Assembly (NCBI GenBank): GCA_977862235.1
Contig: OZ374559.1
Span: forward strand, 868,001-932,000
DNA length: 64,000 bases
Source: Dudresnaya verticillata
Lineage: Eukaryota
Direction of reading: 5' to 3'
The first letter of the stretch is position 1. Every line of letters starts with the position of its first letter. This document shows, in pieces, positions 24,530 to 36,447 of the stretch. The translations under genes and the position numbers were made by a program. The notes below the pieces were generated by a model, which saw only the letters and a list, made by a program, of their open reading frames with translations, searched no databases and had not been told where the DNA came from.

Positions 24530-26935
24530 AACGGGGCTGTAGTCTTTCCTATCGAAATGTGTGATTTATTTAGAGACGCCTCAGTGTCCTAAGTTGTAGC
24601 TACGCTACACTATGTGGCAAGGGAGTACGTCTTCAACCTTCATGCAAACTCTAAAACATATTCGGTACTACATGCTTCCAATGCGATGATTTGCTAACTT
24701 GGTTTGCGCTTCTTGGTCGTTCTGTGCACGGGACTCAAATCCTCGCGTTTGCGCTTCTGACCAACACAGTTTTGGTCATCTAAGACATCCAGAAATGCCT
24801 TCAGACTATCTAGGAGTCGGGCTTGCACGCCCGCATTCCAACGCTTCACACTCAATCCAGACTCAATTCGGGCTTTGTGCAACCTGTAGACCTCGGGACC
24901 AAGTCGAGTCTTGAGGACATCCGGTTTTCCGGGAAATGACCCACAATACCATCGAATCCCGGCATCTCGCAGCTTACGATCCCTAATGTGTAGAATCGGA
25001 ACGAATCCAGAGTCGGGAACTGGAATACGCCGCCGACGTTGGCGACACAGGCCCTCCCACGAATCACGGAGATCCTGGTTCCTCATGTCCAGAGGACTCT
25101 TATTCTGCGCCCGGAAACTTCGGAATTCTAACATATCTGTCATGGCGAGCACGTCGCCACGGTTGCGGTGAGCTCGTTTTGTGAGGCGTTTACCAAGACT
25201 GCGAAGGCGCAGACGGATACGCTGCAACCAGTCCGGCAGCTTGGCCATCTTCAAATGACGTGGTAGGCGCCCGCGGATACGGCCACTGCGAGGCCACATA
25301 GGCTCTTTGGCAATGCACCCAAGTGCAAATTCTGCCACTTTGTAGTCCAGCAACTCGAGTTGATGACTCAAATCGCACTTGCCGGCCGTGTCGATCGGCA
25401 TCAAATGGGTGCTAAAGTCCGCAACTGGGTAGATATACGTGCGGCAGATGTCCACAAGTCGTGCGCTAGGCACATATTTGCGGTGTACGCCGACCGCCTT
25501 GAGTAAGTTTAGGCGTTGATGAGCCGCCTTAACTCGTTCCAAATTCTTGTCAGGTGCCAGTTTGGTACCTTTCAGAGTCACTCCCAGGTACTTTGCAGTG
25601 TCTACCACGTCAATTTTCTGACCATTCAGGTAGTACATTGCTCGTTTGGTGCAGTTTTCGGGCTCCAAAACATGGCATTTTGAAGTTCCCCACTGCATAC
25701 CTTCAAGATCAGCCCATTTCGTGGACGCATCTAAGGCCGTTTGGAGGCCGGTACTAGTCTTGGATCGGAGCTTGACGTCGTCAGCAAAGATCGTAATGTC
25801 GATTTCTTCAGCACTTTCGGAGGCCGACATTGACAAATCCATGAACTCAGGATACGAGTCCATGTTGACATTGTACAAAGTCGGACTCGAAGACACGCCT
25901 TGAGGCACACCCCGCGACACAATTGCAGTGGTGCCGGTGATATCGCCCTTGGTAACTACTGTTGCTGGTTGTAACTCCAGAGCGACCATTGCCGCCGTGG
26001 TAGGTGACATCTTCTGATTCACTTTCGACATCAACCGCTCGCGGGGTACTGTATCGTATGCCGACTTCAAGTCGAGCACGGCCGTGTACCGGAATCCAGC
26101 TTTTGTGCTGGTTGCATGCCTTAAGATGGCGGTTTCGGTACCAGTTTTCTCACGGAACCCCAACTGAGTCGGATGAAACTGGTACTCCTTACGAATCATA
26201 GACGCGATTGCCTTTGAAAGCATTTGTCGTCCGTGCGACACTAGCGCAATCGGTCGATAGCTGGTTGGGTCCGATTTGGGACCCCGTTTGTAAATTGGCA
26301 CCAGCAGGGATGTTTGCCAATCTTGCAATAGGTACCCGAGCTGACTGCATTTCACCCAAAAGAGTCCCAAGACATGCGCAAAGGACTTTGGGGCGACCTT
26401 GAATGCTTCGCTGAAGACTTCATCCGTGCCTGTGGCCTTCTTCGGTTTGGCCTTGACTATAGCACGGAAAACGTGAGATTCGAAGTTTCGGGAAGTTTCG
26501 AAGGGCACAATGGGCGGAATATGTCCTTTTCCAGCCCCTGTCGCGAGGTGTTTTGTAAAGTTGGCCAGGTCCAACTTCCCAATTGGTTGGTCTCTCCGAG
26601 AACCAAGTGGGCCGGATGCGTTTCGGAGCACGGCCTTAACCATTTTGGGACCATCAGTAGGGTCGGAGGACAGGAGAGCTTCTGTCAAACGCAACTTGCA
26701 TCGCCGTTTATTGCGATGCACAAGTGCGCGAGCCCGTCGATTGAGGGTCTTGTACTGTTCCCAAGCCTCCGACGTCATGAGTTGAGTGGCTTGTTTGTAC
26801 TTCTTCGACCGCAATTTCTTCAGATGATCGAGGTGCCCGTCCCAAAAGTACTTGTAACGACGGGGACGATGTTTGCGGGCAGACTCCCAAGGTTGCAAAG
26901 TCATGGCTATCATTCCTATCCATAAAGGTCTCCAT
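24530..26935 (+). mobile_element. CRE 3'-end stub of about 40 bp (24530-24553 plus 26921-26935), split by LINE E
   Basis: Rejoined it reads ACGGGGCTGTAGTCTTTCCTATCCATAAAGGTCTCCAT, matching the 3' end of the full CRE element in opposite orientation. CTCA is duplicated on both sides. Confidence 0.75.
24554..26912 (-). mobile_element. 5'-truncated LINE E with an uninterrupted RT ORF (24694-26912)
   Basis: KATGTD, SYRPIAL, QLGFR, LDLKSAYD, GVPQG, FADD, KYLGV and IRWYCGSFP. TSD TTCCTATC (24546-24553 / 26913-26920). Confidence 0.9.
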
Positions 26936-27360
26936 CTCATCTGGGACATGAAGCCGGCCGCAATTTTCGTTGAATGTAGGGAAGAACATCTTGTGACAAT
27001 GCGGGAACGACAGTATCGCCTGATGAAGATGCTTTAGGTAAGATAGAAAAAGGGCATTGGTCACGGTCTTCACAGCGCAGGGCTCGCAACCGCCTTGTGC
27101 CGCTCCGTGCGCTCGTACAGGATCTCAAACCGTAGCTCAATAATGTTATTGTTGTGCTTGCAGAACTTTCCAGTTGCTGTTCACGAATCTGATGAAGAGA
27201 CGGGTGCTTCAGCATTGCAAGAGAGTACCTCCAATATGGCCTTGATCCCGATGTGTACCTTTGAGCAGCAATCACATGCCTTGCGTTTGTGACGGGCATC
27301 CCCATGCCCTTCCAGTTCGCCATGGTAACGACGAGCAGGTAGGTAACCCGGTGCGTTTGA
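26936..27360 (-). mobile_element. Old degenerate CRE-like copy, part 2
   Basis: VVPALSQDVLPYIQRKLR and TNARH match the CRE ORF2 region at 20940-21240. Confidence 0.78.
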
Positions 27361-28526
27361 CACTCACGTGACCCTCAGGGGCAATTGGGCTGCGAATGGT
27401 GAGGCGTCCGGCTTCCAGTGACACTGCGATCTTTCTTCCAAGCAGGCTGTTCCGTCTACCCAAGCTTGTCGAGTTCACGAAGCTGGACGGGAACAAAACG
27501 GCTTCGCGTCCGTTTCATCACAGTACTCCCTGCGACCGCGCATTGAGATTAACATTATCATGGCTATCAGCTATTGAACATCTCCACAATTAACCATGCT
27601 CTTCATGTCGTTCCAAAGCATAGGCCTCATACGAGCACGTCAAAAATGGCACCCTTGACCGGGTTTTGGAGCTCTCTCTCTCGCTCTCTCTCTCTCTCGC
27701 GCGCGCGCCATGCTATAAAGCCGCCGCCAAGCGCGAAGAAGCCTTCAATTATACCCGGGCTCCTTGAGAACAAATCTGGACTGCGCTGCGAATTACCACC
27801 AGTGGAGCGGTTGTTCGTTGCGGAGACCGAAGTGGTCTGTGGCGGCGGGAAAGCGCGGACGGGACGGTTGGACATTGCAGCATGTACGGAAACGCGGACG
27901 CTTGAGAGACGCGTCTTCTCCCTGAACGAGAGAGTCGATGTCGAAGCGGGCTGTGTCAGGCTGCGTCATCCCTCCTGCAGCGGCATGATCGGCCGCAGTG
28001 GGACGGCTCGAGGACAGAATATGCCAAGATGCGTCCCACGCGGTATCACCAGCGCAGACGCACTGGTACGTGTTCTTCATCCACACCGAAACATTTTCAA
28101 AACATTTTGCACCTTTCGAAGTTTATTTTCTTTTAGTTTGTGCAAATTTCACTCCAGATCCGGTGTGTCCGCCAATGAGGAGCGTACACGTCGCCAACAA
28201 CGTTGCAATTCCTCTCAGCTCGGGTCCAACCACTCCGTGAAAGGGACGAGATCCGCCAATGCGCTTCTGCCGCTCTCGACGGCCTCACCCTCTGCGTACT
28301 TACAGTACCAATTGGGAATTGCAGCAATTGCTCCGCATTGCATTGCACCGTCCGCCGTTCGCACCGTCGAGCCACTGCGCGTTCCACCAGTCGCGCCAAT
28401 ACATCTTCCGGTGAACCGCCCTGCCCCGGACTCCATCTCTCACCCACCCCATCTCCGAGCTCCAAGCCCGTTTCAGCCCTTTCGTCGAATTTCTTCTCCT
28501 TGTAGACGCCTTCAGTCTACCAACCG

Positions 28527-29321
28527 ATGACGCCCACCAATCCTGGCCAGGTCTCTGCTAATGCTAGTGCTGCGGCATCTGGCTCTACTGCAAGCGCTTC
28601 TAGCCCTGGCCTTAATTCCGAGGTGAAAGAGGTTTTCCGATTCTCGAAGGCAGACACGAAAGCGGTAATATCAGCGTGGCTAGCTGTCCTTCGTGAGTTC
28701 GTGCTTTCCACTAAGAAGCCCGGCTTCTGTAGCGCAGACATCGCTGGCAACATTTGCATCAAGCTGAAGGGTATGTCAGGTGGTTCTGTCAAGCTGAAGA
28801 AAAGGAATGCCTCTCAAATCCAATCCAAGCTTCGTACTCTGCGCATATCGTTCCAGAAGGCCACGACGGAGAGTAGTAGCAATACGGCAAAGTACTATCG
28901 ACCCTACATTGAAGACATCCATGCGATCATCCAGCTGGAGACGGTGGGCAGTGTTCCGGGCTCGCACAATGTCGGAGAAAACGGCAGCGATGGAAACGAG
29001 AAAGTTATCGAGACGAAGTTTTTCCAAGACCCGCTTGGTCATCCGACTCCAGGTCAGAGTCCGTCAGAGTCTACAGTCGCCAGAAACAAGGATGCAGAAG
29101 AGGAAGACGAGATCAGTCCGAACACTGAGGCTTCTCCACTCATGGGGGAGGTTTGCCTTTCTTCCACTAAGGAGGCTGATCTGGTGGAAATTGATCCAGC
29201 GGTCGCGTTGGAGGACACCCTGGTTGACGGTACCAGTCTCCCGCGCGTTAAACGCGCATCCAAGCGCAGGCTGGAATCAGAGCCGGAGGTGAAGCGAGAG
29301 CCGAAACGTCGTACGAAGTGA
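28527..29321 (+). CDS. Myb/SANT-like (trihelix-type) DNA-binding domain protein
   Basis: FSKADTKAVISAW...RNASQIQSKLRTLRISFQK resembles the Myb/SANT-like consensus. Basic NLS-like C-terminus. Recognised by eye only. Confidence 0.55.
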   Translation: MTPTNPGQVSANASAAASGSTASASSPGLNSEVKEVFRFSKADTKAVISAWLAVLREFVLSTKKPGFCSADIAGNICIKLKGMSGGSVKLKKRNASQIQSKLRTLRISFQKATTESSSNTAKYYRPYIEDIHAIIQLETVGSVPGSHNVGENGSDGNEKVIETKFFQDPLGHPTPGQSPSESTVARNKDAEEEDEISPNTEASPLMGEVCLSSTKEADLVEIDPAVALEDTLVDGTSLPRVKRASKRRLESEPEVKREPKRRTK

Positions 29322-29899
29322 AATTATTCGTTACTGTTCAGACCATAAGCTTTATACGATAGTCCATGCTGCTTGATAGCTTCTGACCAGGAGCACTCAA
29401 TGAGCTACTCAGCCTGTCTTTTTATCAAGGTTATAGCTTGCTCTCGAATTAAAACGGAGACCGCATGTTCGGCGAAACCTGTAATGCCCAACACCAGAGG
29501 TCGCAGTCTGCATCTTTTTACGAATTGAAGAACGTTTCCTTCGTTCCAAGCGGTTGCCTAGAGCCATCGTGGGCAAAATGTTCACAATGTGACGATAACT
29601 CTCAAGCTTCTATTCCGAGTTCTTCTGTAATGCGAATGAAGATACATACTTTAGGGAATACCATGCTGCTTGAAACAGAAGTTCTCCGCTTCTTTGTACT
29701 CAATATGCAGTGGCTATCCCGATCCTTGGTAATGGTTAACCACATCATCTCCAAACATCAGCCCTCTTGGCGAGCATTCGAATCACTAATACGACATGGT
29801 TGTTACCTTTGCAGAGTTGTCGTTGGAGGGCATTGTGTCACGTGTAAATTCCTCAAGCAACAGGAATCGGAGAGTCTCGAATCTACACCAACAAGGCCT

Positions 29900-30595
29900 T
29901 GAAGGCTCTTAGATAATCTTGAGCTCCAAACTTCCGCCTGTCATCAATAGAACATGTACTCCTTGCTGTGCGAACGATGTAGGATTCCGGATAACTGGGC
30001 TAGTAAGCTGAAATTACTCGACTCAGGATGGTGCTACTCTGCGTTGGTCTTCGCATGAAAGCAATATGAAGTACGGAATCGAGGCAGGCCGTGGAACCAA
30101 GCAAGAGGATATCCAGGACCAGGCTTTTTGGAAACCAAAGGGATAGAAAATAGCCAGAAGCTCCTTGATAAAAAACAATTGTCTGCTCTGGTCCAGAATG
30201 CATCGTCTCTACCCCCGTACTCCGACTCCCTAACTACTGCGACCGTAAACTTGCGGTTCGGAGGCACCTTGGAACCTTTCTAATTCCTCCCACCTGCACA
30301 ACCACACGTTCAGCACTTCGAGAACAAGATGTAGTCCTTCAATTATTGTCAAGTCCCGCGATCAGCACCTTCGACCTTACCCATCTCCATCGCCATTGTG
30401 CGCGCACGATTTTCCACCCTCTCGTCCCCCACACCGCTATCAAATGCCCTCGTCACAGATAACACCACCGTCCCATAGTACGTGACACAATGTAGGTCCA
30501 TAAGAGCCCCTTTGTGGACTCTCAAGTGCGCCTGCACATGGGCCTAAGCTGCTCGCGTGGGACCACTATGAAAAAAAATTAAAGAACAACATCAC
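29900..30595 (+). mobile_element. Degenerate LINE 3' fragment (RWHLGTFP family)
   Basis: RLPNYCDRKLAVRRHLGTFLIPP at about 30222-30290. Terminal motif ends ...AACATCAC at 30595. 5' limit approximate. Confidence 0.72.
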
Positions 30596-31063
30596 AATGG
30601 ACCTTTCCTGTGCAACGCACTCGATTCCGTTGATGTGAGTAAGACTTTCCGTACCCGTTCCAGCTCTACTTTTCTCCCGCCGTATTGTCTTGTTGAGATT
30701 CGGCCCAACCAGCAACAGACACACCTACGCGTGGTTATGTTCCTCCAACCAAGTGCAGTTCAAACTCCCCGAGGTTGGCGTCGGTGCTGCTCGCGCGAGA
30801 CTAGCACCTACTTATCCAAAAGACTGCAGCAACCGAGAGAAAGATAGGAGCAAGAAACAGAAAAGCAACCGATTTTATTCTATCGTCCTAACTATTTGCC
30901 CTGCGGCCAGCTTGCGTATCAGGTATTATAGTCGCGATTGCCTAGCTATCGTGAATGTGCCTGCGGATGAACTTTTTCGGGAGGAAGGGTTAGGAGAGTA
31001 AACCTAGCGGCAATAGCTGTGAGTTCGAAGCTAGAAATATTGTCATCAGCAATGTACGCCAAC

Positions 31064-31244
31064 ATCATCATCATCACAACTTTATTGAAGCAAGACGAAC
31101 AGCGGAAACCCTAATGACTTAGCCGCTGATGGCTACTGGAAGGCCTGGACTAACGGGACGTCGACGATTCACGGCGAGGGCGGTGAGCTGGAGAATGCGG
31201 GAAACCAGCGGTGAAACTAACGAATGGTATTCAGTAGTAGGATT
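31064..31244 (-). mobile_element. Short non-LTR 3' stub with AATAAA and a (GAT)n tail
   Basis: 11-bp TSD TGTACGCCAAC (31053-31063 / 31245-31255). Empty site at about 50279-50289. Confidence 0.82.
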
Positions 31245-31466
31245 TGTACGCCAACCGCAGCGACGAAGTACATGATGCGGCTTTCAGGGGCAAAAGAAGA
31301 TTCAAGCGGTAGAAAGAAAGCATAGTTTCCAGAGCTGTGCTTGGGAACAAAATTGTTGTCGGTGTGAGTTAGGGGGAAGGGGGGGAGGGGGGCATGCCTG
31401 AAGCAGTGGTTTGTCACAAAACCTTGTTCGGTTCTGCCGGGAGTGAGGTAAAGAAAAGATGCGTTC

Positions 31467-31549
31467 AGCTCGTGCCGGGAATTGAACCCGGATCTCCTCG
31501 GTGACAGCGAGATATACAGAGGCCGCCTTGACCATTATACTACACGAAC
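31467..31549 (-). tRNA. tRNA-Asp(GTC) with an 11-nt D-loop insert (31518-31528)
   Basis: Acceptor GTTCGTG/CACGAGC, D stem GTAT/GTAT, anticodon arm TCTCG-CTGTCAC-CGAGG and T arm CCGGG-TTCAATT-CCCGG, followed by TTTT. The discriminator base is T, atypical for Asp. Confidence 0.8.
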
Positions 31550-32627
31550 GTTTGTTGCTTCCAGGTAGAAGTTTGAGGAGTTCGTATGTTTAGAACCCAC
31601 GTCTCCAACAATTTGTCAGCACAATGACATAGTGATCTTCCCGCATGCCATCGAACGCCATCAGCACCGCAGCCGCAAACAGCACCTAAGCGCGTACGTT
31701 CGAGCCCATCGGAACCCCTTTTAGAGAGAAAATAAACGATTACCGATAGTGATGATGAGCAATCGGACAGACAAAGGCTTTCGTCTCGGAATGGAAGTCG
31801 ACTCCGCCGGACCGCAACGCCAGCCCACGTCGAGGGTGCAGGTCGTCTCCAGCGTGCATGACGCCTAGGACAACGTCGCGCCCTCCCCAGCCTTCGTGAA
31901 AACCGCGAAGCCGTCACTCCAAACTGCCACATGTGGAACAAGTAGCTACGATCTGATCAATAAAATTGTGTACTGCCTGAGTGATATTAAACTTTATAGG
32001 ACGGTTTTGAGTGCACCGGCATCGGCAACAAAAGGCCTGTACTGCCTGAGTGCTAAGACTGTGAGCAATTTGCGCTTGCTCTCTTAGAAGGGTTTGCAAA
32101 AACATTCTAGTACGTGTACTCGATGTGTATTCCCTAGAAGAGGATCACTGGGGAGTAGCGAGCGGTGGCCTCAACTGGTCACGCGCCGAGCGATTAGGGG
32201 ACCCGTTGTTTGGGATAGCAGCGCCTACGATAAGGATAAGGGTCAGTTGTCTGGCCTGGTCTAATTGCGTGTCAGTCCGTGAGGCCCTGCGTGCGGTAGC
32301 TCCATGGTCAGTCTGTCCACACAGCGAAACGGATACGGACAAACAGTCCCGCTTGCTCGGACTTCTCGAGGAGGGGCTCAATGGTGCGCGTGAGGTTCTC
32401 GCGATGCGTACCGCCCATTTCAAGACAGTACTGGCAAAGTGCCAGAGGCAGGCCAACCAGATTGCTGAACTTGTTGAAACCCGCGTCGAAGCGAAGCAGC
32501 ATCAAGTCCCGTCAGAAGCGTATGCAGGTGTCTACCAGGAACTATCTGCCAAGTACGTCATCGAGACTGCAAAGAGTCCGGCGAAGGATGCTACCAACGG
32601 TAGCAAGAAGCCAGACCATAAGGGGTA

Positions 32628-35566
32628 ATGTCACCGCGACAGAGCCCGGTTCAAGTTCACTGGGGCCAAGCCCGGTGGGCCGGAACTCGACGAAGAGCGC
32701 GGAATTGGGAGCAAATCCGCGCGTCCGCCTTTGTCATCCGCACTTTGATGTTCGGAGTGTGGGACCCTCCCCAGCGCCCGTTCACCACCGGACGGGAACT
32801 TCCAGAGATCTCTCAAAGCCCAGAAGATCTCTCTTTTGGACGGAAGGAGCTGCGAGAGGGGTGTGCCATCGGGACTTACCAACAGGTGAGTTCCGAGCAT
32901 GCATAAAAGCAACTCAAACGCGGCTTCCTAGTGTCAAACGCTTTCGTGACCTGGCATCAGGAGAAGCCTCGATTCATCATAAATCTCAAAGAGCAGAGCA
33001 CTGATTGGGACAAGAAATCTGCGCGCATGGAGACGCTATCCGCATTCGGGTCTTGCCTGTGTCCCGGGGACCACCTTTTGTCCTTCGACTGGTCCTCGGG
33101 ATACAGGCATTTTGTACTACACCAGCGGATGTGGGACTGGTTTCTATTTCGGTACGATGGTGGGTACTACCGTTGTATTGCTCTACCGTTCGGATGGACG
33201 GCATCACCATTCTGGTTTGTCAAGCTCCTAAGTCCTCTTGCCCGCTACATGCGCGACGAACTTTCTCTGCGCGTTTTAGTATGGTTGGACGACTATCTCA
33301 TCGCACCAGGGGACGGAAGCAGACCCAGTACCGCATCAGACTGTGAAATGGTATCGGAAAAGCTGGACCGTCTCTTCGAGAAATTAGGAATGGTACTACA
33401 TCCGGCCAAGGGCGTGTGGGGAACCGGTACTACAAGTATCGAGAATTTGGGTCTCGTCATAGATACTGTGTCGTTCAGGTATTTTATCTCCCCTCCCAAG
33501 TTCTTGCAGCTTCAGCAAATGGCCAGTTTGCTACTCAGGACGGCTCGGCAGAGAAGTCGCTAGGTCCGGGAGAATGTCTTGGAAAGCTTTTGCGGAAAGG
33601 CTGTCTCTCAGCTTATTCCCCTTCCCCTTGCACGCTTCTTCACTCGCAGCTTGTACGACGCTCTGAAGGACGACGCGCAGCGACGTGGGCGCTACCCAGA
33701 GCGTACAGTGAAGCTGAGCCATGCGGGACTCAGGGACCTGCAATCTTGGGCAACCATGTTGGCGGGCGACGGTCGGCTGATTGGCGGAGGCCAGCCGGCT
33801 TGGTGCCTGCTGTAGTGCCGGGGGGGTCCCCCGTTTTCGCTTTCAAGCGTTGATATGCAGCGTCTACCGACGGACGACCGCCAACGGCGCGCTCAACCCG
33901 CCCGCGGCGCAAACACGTCACCGACGCATGCCGCTGGCCACTTGGGCCAGAACGGCTCGCTGGGCGTGCAGACCGCACGCCTGAACCCGGCCACTGTACG
34001 GCGCCACGCGTACGCGCATGGCGCAGTGGCGGGAACGTTCGCTGTAAGCGTGGCCCGAATCCGGATCCAATCGGGATCCCACATCGGGATTAAGGGGTGT
34101 AAGGCACGCGCCTGTAAGCCTGGCGCATCCGCATCGCTGGCCCGAATCCGGACTGGATCGGGATTGGTGCGGATCGAGATCGCTCGCGCCATGGGGCGCA
34201 TGCGGCTGTAAGGAAATAATCCACGTGTAAGTGTAAGGACTCGAGCGGGGAAGCTACGCGTGATCTGGCAAGAGCGCGGCTGCATGACGGACGGATCTGT
34301 CAGACGCGCCTCGGGACAACACGTGTCCCGAGTTCCCGCGTTACGCGTACATCCGCGTCGCCGCCGCTAGGTAATCCTGTACTTAGTTGATCCGTCTCAG
34401 ACGTCACAGTAAACCCCGGCAAGCCGGCCTTGGTCCAGACTTCCCCGTTCAGCACGCGCGTACCCTACCGCTGCCTACGGCTAAGCGTCTACCTCCCGTG
34501 CTTCCACGTCTCTATCCGTCCTCGACGTGTTTCCGTTTTGTTTCTTCTGTTCTTCCTTTCCGCCTCGGGCGTTTACAGTCCGCTCAAGGCGAGTCAACTG
34601 CTCTACCAGAAGTCGCCCAAGGCGGGGCTACTCACCGCCAAGGGCGTCGCTACCCACCGAGCCCCGAACTGCTCGGCGGTGTCCGTCAACGACGTTTGCA
34701 CTACACCTGCACACCGATGCTGCCGATGTTGGCTACGGTGCAACGCTCGGACGCGATATGCAGCCGGCTCGCCAGGGAAAATCGAGGTACAAGGCATCTG
34801 GACCCCATTCCTCAGGCTAAGGTCTATTACTCTTCGGGAACTTACCGCTGTTCGCATGGCTCTACAAGACGCAATGGTACAGGCTCGCCTGTCGGGCGAT
34901 CAGTCTATGCTGCTCCTACACATAGACAATATGGCTGTCCTTCATATAATTTCGAACATGGTTTCCGCAAAGAGGGAACTTATGGAAGAACTTCGTCTGC
35001 TACACCGGTTGCTCGTCCAAATGAAGGTAACGATCCGAGCCGAATGGCTCCCCTTGGCTTTGAACCGTCACGCGAACACGTTGAGCCGGACTTGGAACCC
35101 CAGAGACCTCCGGTTGACGCCCTCATTGCTGCAAGCCGTCGCGACATCGCTCCAATAACAAGTCGTGCGGCGTTACTGGCCTCTCGGGCAGGCCCCAGCT
35201 GCCCGTCGCAAGGTAATAGTCGCCCAGTTCGGCGAGCACTGGGGCGACGGGAAGAGCCGGCTATGGAACCCCCCACCGCCATGGATCAACGCTACGCTTC
35301 TGAAAATCCGGGCGGAGGGCGCTCAGGGCGTCATCTTGGTGCCCCACTGGATGGGAGCGCCCTGGTTCGGCTTACTGCGTCAGCTATTGCTCAGCAGCCG
35401 CTTCATCAACCACGCTCCCGGCCATCCGCTCTTTACTTCCGAACGCGCCAACCCCTCTTGGGGACTACTATTGGCAGAAGTAGGGACACAGCCGGCCAAG
35501 CACTGCAACGGAGGATCGCTACTCTCGTCCCTTCCACCTCCGCGGGAAGAGCTGCAGTCATCTTAG
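32628..35566 (+). pseudogene. DIRS pol (RT, RNase H, methyltransferase-like), with stops, frameshift and a solo LTR insertion
   Basis: Fragments 32628-32906, 32931-33563, 33579-33810, 34706-35158 and 35165-35566. AWCL|HTDAA rejoins across the LTR. Confidence 0.82.
33811..34705 (+). mobile_element. Solo LTR, family B (same family as the gypsy LTR at 53372)
   Basis: TGTAGTGC...GCACTACA termini and TSD CCTGC (33806-33810 / 34706-34710). High identity to 53372-54270. Confidence 0.93.
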
Positions 35567-35577
35567 CGGGGCACGGA

Positions 35578-36447
35578 ATGGCGCCCTCCACTGATCGGAC
35601 GAAAACCAGTCAATGGCGGAAGTTCCAACGCTTTTGCGCGCGGAATGGCCATCGCGACCTTCCGGCTCATGTGGGTACTGTGCTAGCGTACGTGGGATTC
35701 TTGTTCGAAGAAGATCGTATACATGGACGTTCAGTAGATCACTACATTTCGTCCATACGCACGATGCATCAGCGTCAAGGTCTTCAGGATCCACTCCATG
35801 GTAACCCTCACTCCGACCTCTTGCGCGCATTTCGCTATCAAGCTGACCAGCGTGGCGAGCTTTCGGATGTTCGCGCAGCACTGCCAGCCGCAATTGTCTT
35901 CCGCATTCGACAGATGGGACTGCAAGCGCTTCCAGGTTCTCTCGAGGAACATCAGGCTGCGTTGGTGGAGTTTCAGTTCTTGATGTCGTGGAGAGAAAAC
36001 TCCGTCCGTACAGTTCATGTTCAAGACGTCCATTGTGCTGTCAATGGTAACGCCGTCACTCTAACTGCTCGTCCGCGTTCGCTCAAAGGGAGACTGATCA
36101 GGGGTGTTGGCGCCTGCTCCCTGACCAGCAGGCATAGTCCACCTGCATTTGCCTCCAGAAACCCTCTGGCCCTACAGCGTCGATATTTTACTCTCCGTCA
36201 GCGTTCTTCAGATCCTGACGATCTCTACTGGGCGCGCCCGGGCCTCGCCCTACGCCCTCAAGTTGTTTCAGATGCCCTAGCGGCATGTCTTACGGCTTTA
36301 CAAGTTGTTGCGCCTCCTTTCTCTTCATATGCTTCGCACAGCCTTCGCAGTGGAAGTGTTACAGCGCAAGTCCTCCTTGGTGTACCACTTCCGGTTATCA
36401 CTACTCGAGGGGGCTGGCGTAGTAGCACTATGGTGGTCAACGTTTAA
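35578..36447 (+). pseudogene. DIRS tyrosine recombinase
   Basis: QWRKFQRFC..LAYVGFL..YISSI N-domain, then SWRENS and YASHSLRSG, GGWRS. TAA falls about where the catalytic Tyr is expected. Confidence 0.82.

Larger units (their letters stand above)
16065..31837 (+). repeat. Segmental duplication copy 1 (partner 42363-50870)
   Basis: Colinear high-identity blocks: 16065-17596/42363-43350, 17597-18947/44910-46576, 26936-29178/46569-49728 and 30528-31837/49747-50870. Confidence 0.92.

Noticed and set aside
19996..24552. 22-bp inverted repeats suggesting a TIR element around the RT
   Set aside because: The right arm lies outside the CRE TSD and is a separate 3' stub.
26913..26949. Apparent ATG start of the 751-aa RT ORF
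   Set aside because: It derives from flanking target DNA beyond the TSD. The element is 5'-truncated and lacks an endonuclease.
27574..28530. 318-aa ORF
   Set aside because: No domain, non-ATG start, and the frame is broken in the duplicate at 48180-49085.
34387..35577. Long N-terminal extension of the 686-aa YR ORF
   Set aside because: It runs through the solo LTR and the overlapping RNase H/MT frame. The LTR part is fortuitous.
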